Shown here piece after piece: positions 29,210 to 39,326 of a DNA stretch of 64,000 nucleotides. The position numbers and the translations under genes are program-made. The DNA comes from an uncultured Thermoleophilia bacterium. GTDB lineage: Bacteria > Actinomycetota > Thermoleophilia > Solirubrobacterales > 70-9. The notes below the pieces were generated by a model. That model was not told the origin of the DNA, ran no database searches, and saw only the letters and a program-made list of their open reading frames with translations. Numbering within the stretch: position 1 is the first letter of the stretch; every line of letters starts with the position of its first letter. The stretch is taken from assembly GCA_963754225.1 (NCBI GenBank), contig CAVWEV010000005.1, forward strand, positions 282,282 through 346,281, in the 5' to 3' direction.

Positions 29210-30111
29210 GCGAGCCGACAGCCGAAGGCGCGGATCCGGATGCCCTCGTCGCGCGAGTCCAGGAGCTGACCGGGGCCGGGCTCGACGAAATCGAGGACCC
29301 GGCGACCCGCGCCCGCGTCGAGGAGCTGGTCGGCGCGGTGATCGAGCTCTACGGGGCGGGACTGGAGCGCGTCTTCGCTGCCCTCGCGGACACTGGCGAG
29401 GCAGGGCTCCAGATCGGACGCAGGCTGGCCGACGACGGGGTGGTCGCCAGCCTGATGCTGATCCACGGCCTCTACCCCGTCGACCTCGAGACGCGTGTGC
29501 GGGAGGCGCTCGAGGGCGTCCGCCCGTACATGGAGTCGCATGCGGGCGATGTCGAGCTGCTCGAGATCACCGACGGGGTCGCCCGGATACGGCTCGAGGG
29601 AAGCTGCCGCGGGTGCGCCGCATCCTCGGCGACGCTCGAGCTGGCGATCAAGCAGGCGCTCGACGAGCACGCCCCGGACCTCGTCGGCCTCGAGGTCGAT
29701 GGGGCCGCCCCGGCCACCCAGGCGGACTCCGCCGCGAACGGTATGGAGCTGCCGGTGATCCAGGTCGATTCCGGCGGGGGCGCCGATGGGGCTCCCGGAC
29801 CCTCGTGGTTCGACCTCGACGGCGCCGTGACCCCGGCCGAGGGGGCGCTCGCGCGGATCGAGGTCGGGACGGTCGTGCTGCTGGTGGCGAACGTCGGCGG
29901 GACCCTGCTCGCGTACGTCGACCGCTGCGCCGGCTGCGGCGCCAGCCTGGCCGGGGGCGAGCTCGACGGACGCGCGATGCGATGCGCGTCGTGCTCCCGG
30001 CGGTTCGACCTCCGCGCCGCGGGCCGTGCGCTCGACGGTGACGACCTCCAGCTCGACCCGGTTCCGCTGCTGGAGGAGGACGAGGGCGTGCGGGTCGCCC
30101 TGCGCGGATGA
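29203..30111 (+). CDS. NifU-C-terminal-like domain fused to a Cys-rich Rieske-like domain (hydrogenase-associated)
   Basis: ..VREALEGVRPYMESHAGDVELLEITDGVARIRLEGSCRGCAASSATLELAIKQAL (NifU-like CxxC), then VANVGGTLLAYVDRCAGCGASL..MRCASCSRRFDL. GTG start overlaps the hhyL stop. Confidence 0.65.
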   Translation: MLSEPTAEGADPDALVARVQELTGAGLDEIEDPATRARVEELVGAVIELYGAGLERVFAALADTGEAGLQIGRRLADDGVVASLMLIHGLYPVDLETRVREALEGVRPYMESHAGDVELLEITDGVARIRLEGSCRGCAASSATLELAIKQALDEHAPDLVGLEVDGAAPATQADSAANGMELPVIQVDSGGGADGAPGPSWFDLDGAVTPAEGALARIEVGTVVLLVANVGGTLLAYVDRCAGCGASLAGGELDGRAMRCASCSRRFDLRAAGRALDGDDLQLDPVPLLEEDEGVRVALRG

Positions 30112-30797
30112 GCACGGGCGGCGACGCGCTCGCGCGCAAGGCGGCGGCCCGCCGGCGGGCGGAGCTGGTCTCCAGCCTGAGGCGGATCGGCGCCGGGAAG
30201 GCAGGCGCGGGCACGGCGGGATCCAGCGCGTCGAACGGGGCGTCGGCGCCGGGAGAGCGCTGCGAGCTGTGCTCGACGACGATCCCCGACGAGCACCGCC
30301 ACATGATCCACCTCGACGAGCGGCGGATCCTGTGCGTGTGCGACCCGTGCTGGTCGCTTCGCTCCGACGACCCCGAGCTGCGCCCGGCCGGCGTGCGCAC
30401 GGTGTGGCTCGACGACCTCGAGCTGCCGGACGATCTGTGGGCGCGATTCGAGATCCCGATCGGTCTCGCGTTCTTCCTCCGCAACGGCGCCGACGATCGC
30501 GTGGTCGCGCTGTACCCGAGCCCGGCCGGGGCGACGGAGTCGGACATCGACCCCGACGCCTGGAACGAGGCGGTAGACGCGAATGCGCAGCTGAGGAGGC
30601 TGGAGCCCGACGCCGAGGCGCTGATCGTGAACCGCCTCACCGAGCCCCACTGCAACGTGATCGCCCCGATCGACGAGTGCTATCGCCTCGTCGGCATGAT
30701 CAAGCTGAGCTGGGAGGGAATCTCGGGCGGTGAGGGGCCTGAGCGTGCCGTGGAGGCGTTCTTCGCCCACCTGCGCGAGCGCGAGGTCGCCGGATGA
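30108..30797 (+). CDS. conserved hydrogenase-associated hypothetical protein (Cys-rich; I believe DUF5947-like)
   Basis: ..ERCELCSTTIPDEHRHMIHLDERRILCVCDPCW..FEIPIGLAFFLRN.. 4-nt overlaps with both neighbours. Family name is from memory and unverified. Confidence 0.55.
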   Translation: MSTGGDALARKAAARRRAELVSSLRRIGAGKAGAGTAGSSASNGASAPGERCELCSTTIPDEHRHMIHLDERRILCVCDPCWSLRSDDPELRPAGVRTVWLDDLELPDDLWARFEIPIGLAFFLRNGADDRVVALYPSPAGATESDIDPDAWNEAVDANAQLRRLEPDAEALIVNRLTEPHCNVIAPIDECYRLVGMIKLSWEGISGGEGPERAVEAFFAHLREREVAG

Positions 30798-31483
30798 GCG
30801 TCGGCCAGGCGCTCGGCGACGAGACCATCAAGGCACCGCCGGAGCACCCCCGGCCCGAGTTCGAGATCCTCGATGCGGGGCCGGTCGAGCGCGCGGCCGC
30901 TCCGACCCTGCGGTTCGGGACGCGCGTGAGCGACCGCTCCGGCCGCGAGGTGTTCCTCGCCGCGCTCTCGGTCCTGATCGAGCTCGAGCCCGCGAAGCGG
31001 GGCTACGACGCGGCGGCCAAGGAGCGGCTTGCGGAGCTGTTCGGGGCGCCGGAGGCCCGGGCGGGGATCACCACGAACATCCGCTGGGCCCAGGTCGAGT
31101 CCTACGTGCCGGAGTTCCGCGGCGAGACGACGTTCTCGATCACCGTTCCGGCCACCTACGACCTCGAGGTGGCGGCGACAAAGTACCTCTACGGGCTCGC
31201 CGATGGGGAGGCGCCGCTGCGCTTCCACTTCAACGGCCAGGTGATGTACGCCGGCGACCGCGATCGTCTCCAGATCGTCCGCGTGCCGTGGGATTGCGTC
31301 TCGCGCTACCGGCTACCGGTCGAGGTGTGGCGCCGGATGATCGAGGCCCACTATCCCGGCGGCGGCTGGGCGCGGCTTGGGACCGACACGCTCGAGCGCC
31401 TGCGACGGCGGCGCACGGAGCGCGGCCTCACGTCGCTCGACGCGACGATCGCCGACCTGCTCCAACGCGCGGAGGGCGGCTAG
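30794..31483 (+). CDS. conserved hydrogenase-associated hypothetical protein (I believe DUF6084-like)
   Basis: ..PEFEILDAGPVERAAAPTLRFGTRVSD..IELEPAKRGYD..LRFHFNGQVMY.. Translationally coupled to its neighbours. Confidence 0.5.
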   Translation: MSVGQALGDETIKAPPEHPRPEFEILDAGPVERAAAPTLRFGTRVSDRSGREVFLAALSVLIELEPAKRGYDAAAKERLAELFGAPEARAGITTNIRWAQVESYVPEFRGETTFSITVPATYDLEVAATKYLYGLADGEAPLRFHFNGQVMYAGDRDRLQIVRVPWDCVSRYRLPVEVWRRMIEAHYPGGGWARLGTDTLERLRRRRTERGLTSLDATIADLLQRAEGG

Positions 31484-31486
31484 GAG

Positions 31487-32650
31487 ATGGACCGGTCGCT
31501 CGAGAGGCTGCTCGACTCGCTTCTCTACGAGGGCTACGCGCTCTATCCCTACACCCCGGGCGCGACCAAGAACGCGACCCCGACCCCGTTCGGGATCGTG
31601 TACCCGCCCGCGTACGCCGAGCGCAACGACGCGACCTACGACCTGCTGCGGATGGAGTGCATCGTCGAGGCAGCGGGCGACGCTGTGCTGCGCGGGGAGG
31701 TTCGGTTCCTTCAGGCCGAAGGTGAGCGGCACAAGGGAATCGAGCGCCGGGTCGAGATACCCGCGACCGGCGTTGCGGACCTCGAGGCGGAAGGCACCGG
31801 ACAGGGGTTCGGCTTCGATGCGGCCGTCCGGCTCGAGGGCCGGGTCCGGATGCGCGCCACCATGCTCGGCGGCGGGTTGACGCGGATTGCCGTCTGCGTC
31901 CACAACACGACGCCGGTCGAGGGCGACGGGGTGACCGACCGCACGAGCGCGCTGAGCGCCAGCTTGATCTCCACGCATACAGTCGCCGAGATCGAGGGCG
32001 GGCGCTTCATCTCCCCGCTCGAACGCGAGGGAGTCGCCGGAGAAGCAGTCGCCTCGTGCCGCAATTTCAACACGTGGCCGGTGCTGGCGAGCCCCCGCGA
32101 CGACGCCGTTCTGGGAGCGGCGATCCACCTTCCGGATCACCCGTCGATGGCTCCGGAGAGCCTGGGGAACCTCTTCGACTCGACCGAGATCGAGGAGGCG
32201 CTGTTGCTGCACGTGCACGCGCTCTCGGACGACGAGCGTGGAGCGATCGCCGAGCAGGACCCCGCAGTGAAGGAGATGGTCGAGCGGGCGCTGAGCGCCG
32301 GGCGCGAGGACATCTTCTCGCTGCACGGCAGGCTGGAGGAGGTCGTCGCCGAGCCCGGGCATCCGGTCCCCGGCGAGTCCGAGATCGAGGTCGACGGCGT
32401 CACGTTCCGCAAGGGCGGCAAGGTGATCCTGCGGCCGGGCCGGAGTCGCGATGTCTACGACTCGATGCTGGACGGGCGCACCGCGACGATCGAGCGCCTC
32501 TACTACGACAGCGACGGAGATGCTCATATCGCGGTCACCGTCGACGGCGACGCCGCCCAGGGCCTGTTCCGCGAGACCGGCCGCTATCTGTTCTTCCGCG
32601 GTCACGAGGTCGAAGCGGTTCCGGAAAGGAGCAAGGCGACCCATGGGTGA
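31487..32650 (+). CDS. conserved hydrogenase-associated hypothetical protein
   Basis: MDRSLERLLDSLLYEGYALYPYTPGATKNATPTPFGIVYPPAY.. Intact 387 aa. No family recognised. Confidence 0.5.
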   Translation: MDRSLERLLDSLLYEGYALYPYTPGATKNATPTPFGIVYPPAYAERNDATYDLLRMECIVEAAGDAVLRGEVRFLQAEGERHKGIERRVEIPATGVADLEAEGTGQGFGFDAAVRLEGRVRMRATMLGGGLTRIAVCVHNTTPVEGDGVTDRTSALSASLISTHTVAEIEGGRFISPLEREGVAGEAVASCRNFNTWPVLASPRDDAVLGAAIHLPDHPSMAPESLGNLFDSTEIEEALLLHVHALSDDERGAIAEQDPAVKEMVERALSAGREDIFSLHGRLEEVVAEPGHPVPGESEIEVDGVTFRKGGKVILRPGRSRDVYDSMLDGRTATIERLYYDSDGDAHIAVTVDGDAAQGLFRETGRYLFFRGHEVEAVPERSKATHG

Positions 32651-33167
32651 TGCACAGCGGGAGAAGCAGATCCTGATCGCGGGGATCGGCAACGCGTGGA
32701 TGCGCGACGACGGCTTCGGCGGTCGGGTGGCCGAGAGCCTCTCCGCGGGCGATCTGCCGGCCGGGGTGAGCGTGTTCGACTTCGGCACCGGCGGGCTCGA
32801 CCTCGCGTACGAGGTCATGCGCGGCTACGACGCCCTGGTGCTGGTGGACGTCAGCCGCCAGGGTGGCGAGCCCGGGACGCTGTACGTGATCGAGCCCGAT
32901 CCGGAGGACATCGAGCCGATCGAGGACGGCCACGCCGTCAACCCGCACGGTATGGACCCGAGGACCGTGCTTCGGTTCGTGAAAACGGTGGGAGGGTGGC
33001 CTGGCAAGGTCGTCGTCGTCGCGTGCGAGCCCGCCGGAGGCGACGACGAGATGGGGCTCGAGCTCTCACCCGAGGTCGGCGCGGCCGTCGAGCGGGCGAC
33101 GAGGCTCGTCCTCGACACCGTGGATGAGCTGAGATCGGACGCCGCGTACGCGGAGGCGGAGTCCTAA
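32643..33167 (+). CDS. hydrogenase maturation endopeptidase (HupD/HyaD/HybD family)
   Basis: ILIAGIGNAWMRDDGFGGRV..DFGTGGLDLAYEV..DALVLVDV..NPHGMDP. Typical Asp/His metal-site pattern. Confidence 0.85.
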   Translation: MGDAQREKQILIAGIGNAWMRDDGFGGRVAESLSAGDLPAGVSVFDFGTGGLDLAYEVMRGYDALVLVDVSRQGGEPGTLYVIEPDPEDIEPIEDGHAVNPHGMDPRTVLRFVKTVGGWPGKVVVVACEPAGGDDEMGLELSPEVGAAVERATRLVLDTVDELRSDAAYAEAES

Positions 33168-33169
33168 TC

Positions 33170-33577
33170 GTGCACGAGCTTTCGATCTCGAGCGCGATCG
33201 TGAACACCGCCGAGCGCCACGCGGCCGGCCGAAAGGTGACCGCCGTCGACGTCAGGGTTGGCAGCCTGCGACAGGTCGTCCCAGGGTCGCTGGTCTTCTA
33301 CTTCGAGATCGTGGCCCGGGACACGGTCTGCGCCGACGCCCGGCTGAAGCTCGAGTCCGTGGCCGCGCTGCTGCGGTGCCCCGATTGCGGACGCGAGTGG
33401 GACCCGGCGCCGCCGCCGCTCGCGACCCACGAGCCGCTCGCGGGGTCGGGCCTGCCGCCGGTGCCGGCGTTTCGTTGCCTGGACTGCGTCTCCCCGGGCG
33501 AGGTCATCGCGGGAGACGAGCTCGAGGTCGAGTCAATCGAGGTCCAAGGCTCAGCGGCGGCGGCCGCGGCCGGCTGA
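33170..33577 (+). CDS. hypA: hydrogenase nickel incorporation protein HypA
   Basis: MHELSISSAIVNT.. N-terminal MHE motif and the zinc site CPDCG..CLDC. Confidence 0.88.
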   Translation: MHELSISSAIVNTAERHAAGRKVTAVDVRVGSLRQVVPGSLVFYFEIVARDTVCADARLKLESVAALLRCPDCGREWDPAPPPLATHEPLAGSGLPPVPAFRCLDCVSPGEVIAGDELEVESIEVQGSAAAAAAG

Positions 33578-33591
33578 GAAAGGAGGGGACG

Positions 33592-34272
33592 ATGCATCGC
33601 ACCAAGATCACGGTCGCCGAGGACGCCCTTGACGCGAACGAGACGATCGCCCGAACGAACCGCAATGACTTCGACCGCGCCGAGGTCGCGGTCGTGAACC
33701 TGATGAGCTCGCCCGGGGCGGGCAAGACGACGTTGCTCGAGCGCAGCCTCGGCGACCTCGGCGGCGTTCGGGCGGGGGTGCTCGAAGGAGACGTCCAGGG
33801 GAGCATCGACTCCGACCGCATCGCCTCCCTGCATGTGCCGGTCACGCAGCTCAACACCGGCGCAGGGTTCGGCGGCGAGTGCCATCTCGACGCGAACATG
33901 GTCCGCTCCGCGCTTCCCTCGCTCCCCCTCGCCGACCTCGACCTGCTGGTGATCGAGAACGTTGGCAACCTCGTGTGCCCGGCCGAGTTCAAGGTCGGGG
34001 AGGACGCGCGGGTGATGATCGCGTCGGTCACCGAGGGGGAGGACAAGCCGCTCAAGTACCCGCTCATGTTCCGCGCCTGCGAGCTGATCGTCATCAACAA
34101 GATCGACCTCTTGCCCCACATCGAGTTCGACCTCGAACGCCTCCGGGAGAACCTCGACATCGTCCATCCGGGGGTCGAGCGGATCGAGCTCAGCGCTCGC
34201 ACCGGCGAGGGGGTTGAGGCCTGGCGGAGCTGGCTCTCCGCGGTCCCGGAGCGCCGGCGGGCGATCGCCTGA
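33592..34272 (+). CDS. hypB: hydrogenase nickel incorporation GTPase HypB
   Basis: MSSPGAGKTTLL (P-loop), ENVGNLVCPA, VINKIDLL. RBS AAGGAGGGG before ATG at 33592. Confidence 0.9.
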   Translation: MHRTKITVAEDALDANETIARTNRNDFDRAEVAVVNLMSSPGAGKTTLLERSLGDLGGVRAGVLEGDVQGSIDSDRIASLHVPVTQLNTGAGFGGECHLDANMVRSALPSLPLADLDLLVIENVGNLVCPAEFKVGEDARVMIASVTEGEDKPLKYPLMFRACELIVINKIDLLPHIEFDLERLRENLDIVHPGVERIELSARTGEGVEAWRSWLSAVPERRRAIA

Positions 34273-34280
34273 GGCCATCC

Positions 34281-35486
34281 ATGCCCGGGACCGCGGCAGA
34301 GACGCTCCACTCGCGGCTCGACGCGTTCCGAGCGGTTCGCACCGAGGCGAATCGAGACTTCTTCGCGGCCGAGGCCGAGCGGCTCGCTCGCTGCTGCCAC
34401 TCCATGGCCGAGCGCTTCGCTCGCGGGGGGCGACTCGTCGCGCTCGGGCGCTCGCCGGTGGCGCGCTCGGATGCGCGTCATGTCGCGGTCGAGTTCGTCC
34501 ATCCGGTCATCGTGGGCAAGCGCGCGCTTCCGGCGCTCGCGCTCGCGGGTGAGGGTGGACCGCTGGAGAGACAGGTCCGCGCGGTGGTCGAATCCGGGGA
34601 CATCGCGATCGGCTACGGGATCGAGGACCCGGACGAGCTCGAGACGCGGGACGCGCTGGCGGTGGCGAGGGAGCTCGGGTGCCTGACGATCGCTTTCGGC
34701 CCCGGCCCCGCGGAGTGGGTGTTCGAGCCCGAGGCTCCGGACTCGTTCGTCAGGCAGGAGCTCGTCGAGACCCTCTACCACGTGCTGTGGGAGCTCGTCC
34801 ATGTCTTCTTCGAGCACCGCGGCCTGCTCGAGGGACGCGAGATCGGCCCGGTCCACGACACCGGCGCATCGAGCTTTCTCTATCCCTTCCTCTCGGAGTC
34901 TGAGGCGGACCTCGAGGGCGTGATCGAGGACGTTCGGGCCTCGATCCTGATGAAGGCGCAGGAGGTGGGTTCGCTGCGGGAGCAGACCCTGGCGGAGGGC
35001 GGCGAGGCGCTGCTTGCCGCCGCCGACGAGCTGCGCCGCGCCCGGGATGCCGGGGCCCGTGTGCTGGCGATGGGCAACGGCGGCTCGGCGACCGACGCGA
35101 TGGACTTCGTCGCCGACCTTCGGGCCGCGGGGCTGCGTTCGATCGACCTCACCGAGGACGCGTCGATCCTGACCGCGATCGCGAACGACGTCGGCGTCGA
35201 GGAGATCTTCCAGCGACAGGTGATCGCGTACGGGCGCGCGGGGGACATCGCCGTGGCGCTGTCGACGAGCGGAAACTCGGCGAACCTGATCGAGGCGCTG
35301 ACCGAGGCTCGCCGCCAGCGGCTCACGACGCTCGCGTTCGTCGGCTACGACGGGGGGCGGATCGCCTCCGAGCGGCTGACGGACCACGTGGTCGTGACGC
35401 GGTCTCAGCACATCCCCCGCATCCAGGAGGCACAGGCGAGCGGCTACCACGCCCTGGTCGAGCTGATCCGCGCACCCGAGGAGTGA
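34281..35486 (+). CDS. tandem SIS-domain protein (GmhA/phosphoheptose-isomerase-like), hydrogenase-associated
   Basis: Second half: RVLAMGNGGSATDAMDFVADL..VALSTSGNSANLIEAL..FVGYDGG. First half is a more diverged SIS-like repeat. Confidence 0.7.
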   Translation: MPGTAAETLHSRLDAFRAVRTEANRDFFAAEAERLARCCHSMAERFARGGRLVALGRSPVARSDARHVAVEFVHPVIVGKRALPALALAGEGGPLERQVRAVVESGDIAIGYGIEDPDELETRDALAVARELGCLTIAFGPGPAEWVFEPEAPDSFVRQELVETLYHVLWELVHVFFEHRGLLEGREIGPVHDTGASSFLYPFLSESEADLEGVIEDVRASILMKAQEVGSLREQTLAEGGEALLAAADELRRARDAGARVLAMGNGGSATDAMDFVADLRAAGLRSIDLTEDASILTAIANDVGVEEIFQRQVIAYGRAGDIAVALSTSGNSANLIEALTEARRQRLTTLAFVGYDGGRIASERLTDHVVVTRSQHIPRIQEAQASGYHALVELIRAPEE

Positions 35487-35489
35487 CCC

Positions 35490-37834
35490 GTGGCGTTGTC
35501 GGCGAGAACAACCGAGAGGCGTCGGGTGAGGGCCCGGGTTGCCGGGGTCGTTCAGGGAGTTGGATTTCGACCCTACGTCTTCCGTCTCGCCGAGGAGCTG
35601 GGGCTCGGTGGGTGGGTGCTGAACGACGAGCGCGGAGTGGAGGTCGAAGTCGAGGGTGAGCCGGCCTCGGTCGACGAGTTCCTGGCAAGGCTCCCCGCCG
35701 AAGCGCCACCGCTCGCGAGCGTCGAGTCGGTCCGCGTCGACCCCGCGCGGGCGAGCGGGGAGTGCACATTCCGGATCGTCGAGTCGGAGCGCGGCGCCGA
35801 GCCCGAGGCGCTGGTCTCGGCCGACTTCGCCACCTGCCCCGACTGCCTGACCGAGCTGTTCGATCGCGGCCAACAGGCGTCACCGATATCCGTTCATCAA
35901 CTGCACGAACTGCGGCCCGCGGTTCACGATCGTGCGCGGCGTCCCGTACGACCGACCGTTGACGACGATGGCCGGGTTCGAGATGTGCGACAGCTGCCGG
36001 GCCGAGTACGAGGACCCCCGCGACCGCCGCTTCCACGCCCAGCCGAATGCGTGCCCTGAGTGCGGTCCCCGCGTTCGCCTCCTCGACCCGGCCGGAGCCG
36101 AGCTGGCCCGAGGGCTGTATCGCGATGCGGTCGCCGCCGCCGCCGCGATGCTCGCCGCCGGGAAGGTGGTCGCCGTGAAAGGGCTCGGGGGTTACCACCT
36201 CGCGTGCCGGGCCGACGACGAGGCCGCGGTTCGCGAGCTCCGCTCGCGCAAGCACCGCGAGGACAAGCCGTTCGCGCTCATGTGCGGGAACCTCGCCGAA
36301 GCGCGGGAGCTGGTCGAGCTGACCGCCCACGAGGAGGAGCTCCTCGCGGGGCCGGAGCGACCGATCGTGATCGCGCGACGTCGTCCCCGGGCGGAGGTCG
36401 CCTCCGCGGTCGCGCCCTACTCGCCCGACCTCGGGGTGATGCTTGCCTACTCACCGCTCCATCACCTGCTTCTCGCCGACGCCGCGAGGACGCTCGTGAT
36501 GACCTCCGGCAACGTCTCGGACGAGCCGATCGCGTACCGCGATGACGACGCGCTCGAACGGCTGGGGGAGATCGCCGACGCCTTCCTCGTCAGCGACCGC
36601 CCGATCCACATCCGAACCGACGACTCGGTGCTCCGCTCACTGGACCCCTCGGTCCGCTCCGAGCCGGTGTTGATGCGGCGCTCCCGGGGCTTCGTGCCGG
36701 CCAGCATCGAGCTGCCGCTCGAGGCGCCGCCGCTGCTCGCGTCAGGCGCCGAGCTGAAGAGCACCTTCTGCGTCGCCAAGGGACGTCGCGCCTGGGTCAG
36801 CCACCACATCGGCGACCTGAAGAACTGGGAGACGCTGCACTCGTTCCGCGAGGGAGTGGAGCACTTCGAGCGCGTGTTCGCCGTCGAGCCGCGCCTAGTC
36901 GCTCACGACCTGCACCCGGACTACCTGTCGACGCGCGAGGCGCTCGAGCGAGTTGGCGACCGGCTCGTCGGCGTCCAGCACCACCACGCCCACCTCGCAG
37001 CATGCCTCGCGGAGCACGGTGAGCTTGGGCCGGCGATCGGCGCGATCTATGACGGCAGCGGCTACGGGACCGACGGAACCGTGTGGGGCGGCGAGCTGCT
37101 CGCGGGCGACCTTGCGAGGTTCGATCGCGTGGGGCTGCTGTTCCCGGCCCGCTTGCCCGGCGGCGACGCTGCGGTTGGCGAGCCGTGGAGGATGGCGTGC
37201 GCGTGGCTAGCGCTCTCGCACGACGAGGAGCTGCCCGCGATCCCGTCACCTCTCCGCACGGCGGTCGAACCCCGCCGCTGGGAGGCGGTCTGCGAGCTCG
37301 TTCGCACCGGGGTCGGCTCGCCGCTCACGACCAGCGTGGGGCGGCTGTTCGATGCGGCGGCGGCCTTGTGCGGCCTCCGCGCCAAGGTCAACTACGAGGG
37401 CCAGGCGGCGGTCGAGCTCGAAGGCGCGACGCGACCCGCGCGAGCGGGGCGCCTACCCGATGCCGCTGCTCCCCGCCGACCGCGTCGGTCAGGGCGTGGG
37501 CCGAGGGGCGATGACTGTTCTCGACGCTCGCGAGACTGTTCGCGCCCTCGTCGCTGACCTCGAGCGGGGCGCCTCGCCGGCCACCGTCGGAGGTCGCCTG
37601 CACAACGGTCTCGCGAATGCCACCGCGGAGGCATGCGCGCGCGAGGCCGAGCGGCGCGGCACCTCGACCGTAGTGCTCTCGGGCGGGGTGTTCCAGAACC
37701 GGTTGTTGGTCGAGCGCACGCTCGCGCGGCTGCAGGAGCACGGCCTGAGGGTCCTGCTGCCTACGCGCCTGCCTCCCAACGACGGCGGCATCTCCTACGG
37801 CCAGGCGGCGGTAGCGGCCGCGACCCACCCGTAA
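35490..37834 (+). CDS. hypF: carbamoyltransferase HypF; two frame changes
   Basis: Acylphosphatase domain VAGVVQGVGFRPYV. Zinc fingers CPDC..(frame change near 35870)..NCTNCGPRFTI..CDSC..CPECGP. YrdC-like KGLGGYHLAC. C-terminus SGGVFQNRLL..NDGGISYGQA after a frame change near 37430 (track ORFs 35490..36059, 35932..37557, 37352..37834). Confidence 0.85.
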
Positions 37835-37841
37835 CTGTTTG

Positions 37842-38594
37842 ATGGATTTCGAGTTTCTCTACAAGGCCGTCGAGGACGTCGACATGTGGTTCGAGGGTCT
37901 GTTCGCCGGGGCGCCGTTCGCCGTTGTCCTCGGGATCGCGCTCATCCTCGGCGCCCGGCACGCATCCGACCCCGACCACCTCGTCGCCGTTACCTCGCTC
38001 GTGGCCGCGGACGGCGGGGACGTGCGGGGCGCCGCCCGGCTCGGCGCCTGGTGGGGGGCCGGCCACGCCGGGGCGCTGCTCGTCCTCGGCGTCCCGTTGA
38101 TCCTGTTCAAGTCGGAGATGCCCGCGTGGCTCGAGCGTGGCGCCGAGACAGCGGTCGGAGTCGTGATTCTCGTGCTCGCGCTGCGGATCGTCGTCAAGTG
38201 GGCACGCGGCGACTTCCGGGCCGGGAGACACGAGCACCGCAATGCCTCCCAGTCGGTCGGCCACCGCCACCTCCGCGAGGGCGCGGACACCGCGCACCCT
38301 CACCGCCACCTTCGCTCGCGACGTCAGGCGCTCGGGATCGGCGTCCTCCACGGGCTCGCTGGGACCGGCCCGGTGGCGTTGCTGCTCATCGCCGCGCTTC
38401 CCACCCAGCTCGAGGCGGCGGCGGCGCTCGCCGTGTTCGCGCCGATGTCGGTGATCTCGATGGCGCTGTGCACGACAGCGTTCGCGTGGCTGCTTACCCG
38501 CCCGGTAGTCGACCCGATCTATCGCACCGTGCTGATCCCGGCGTTCGGGATCTTCGGGCTCATGTTCGGGCTCTGGTACACGGGGATCGCGTAG
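37842..38594 (+). CDS. NicO/NiCoT-like nickel(cobalt) permease with His-rich loop
   Basis: GARHASDPDHL (HAxDxDH-type signature), loop HEHRNASQSVGHRHLREGADTAHPHRH and second-half motif GVLHGLAGTGP. About 6 TM segments. Confidence 0.7.
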   Translation: MDFEFLYKAVEDVDMWFEGLFAGAPFAVVLGIALILGARHASDPDHLVAVTSLVAADGGDVRGAARLGAWWGAGHAGALLVLGVPLILFKSEMPAWLERGAETAVGVVILVLALRIVVKWARGDFRAGRHEHRNASQSVGHRHLREGADTAHPHRHLRSRRQALGIGVLHGLAGTGPVALLLIAALPTQLEAAAALAVFAPMSVISMALCTTAFAWLLTRPVVDPIYRTVLIPAFGIFGLMFGLWYTGIA

Positions 38595-38641
38595 AGGCTT
38601 ACGAACACGCGCACTCGCACCCCGTCATCTATCTGAGGTGA

Positions 38642-39139
38642 TTACCGTGCTGCGGCCGGCTCGCCGACGAGCGCGTCAGTGCCTACCCGGATCCGTTCCT
38701 GCTCCAGCTGGGCGTGTTGCGTTCGGGCCCGCTCCATCAACCGGTCGAGATCGATCGCGGCGAGCGGCTCGTAGCGGTCCTGCACCCGCAGCAGCACCTG
38801 CCACATGCACTCCTTGCCGGCGACGCCCAGGGTCAGGCTCTCGAGCGCCATGAAGAGCCCGATGTCGGGCTCGCCCGAGCTGAGACCGCTGAACTTCACG
38901 CGGCTCGCCTTCTCGGTCATCCAGGCACCGGCCTGCTTGACGGGGTTCTTCGTCGTACGCATACGCTCCATCAGCTCGATGAGGGTCTCCCGATCCTCCT
39001 CGATCTCGGCCGTGATCGTCTCCATCAGCGCTCGCAGCCGGCCCTCGGAGCGGTCCCGAATCTGCTTCGCGAGGTCGAATCCGAGCGTCGAACCAGCGAG
39101 GTGATCGTTGAGGTAGGTGTCCATCGGCTTGTCCGCCAT
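38642..39139 (-). CDS. hypothetical protein
   Basis: Intact 165-aa ORF MADKPMDTYLNDHLAGSTLGFDLAKQIRDRSEG.. RBS GGGAGG. No family recognised. Confidence 0.45.
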   Translation of the reverse strand: MADKPMDTYLNDHLAGSTLGFDLAKQIRDRSEGRLRALMETITAEIEEDRETLIELMERMRTTKNPVKQAGAWMTEKASRVKFSGLSSGEPDIGLFMALESLTLGVAGKECMWQVLLRVQDRYEPLAAIDLDRLMERARTQHAQLEQERIRVGTDALVGEPAAAR

Positions 39140-39326
39140 CGAACCTCCCGATACTTGGGTGCGTGTGTCGAACCGGCTACCCGGATCGCGCGGTCCTACT
39201 CAGCGTGCGGAGCTCAGGTCGTCCGCTGCTCCTTCGGCTCGCGCGACGGTACGCGGCGGACGCGAAACCGCACTAGAAAGCCGTTTCCCGGACGGGGCGG
39301 TACGGGGTGGACGCCGCGCCCCTTAG

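Noticed and set aside
23694-35873. Several very long minus-strand ORFs (23694..25025, 26031..27275, 27353..29188, 29472..30770, 31313..32818, 33504..35873).
   Set aside because: All lie opposite unmistakable hyp and hhy genes on the + strand and have Arg/Asp/Leu/Val-rich antisense-type composition.
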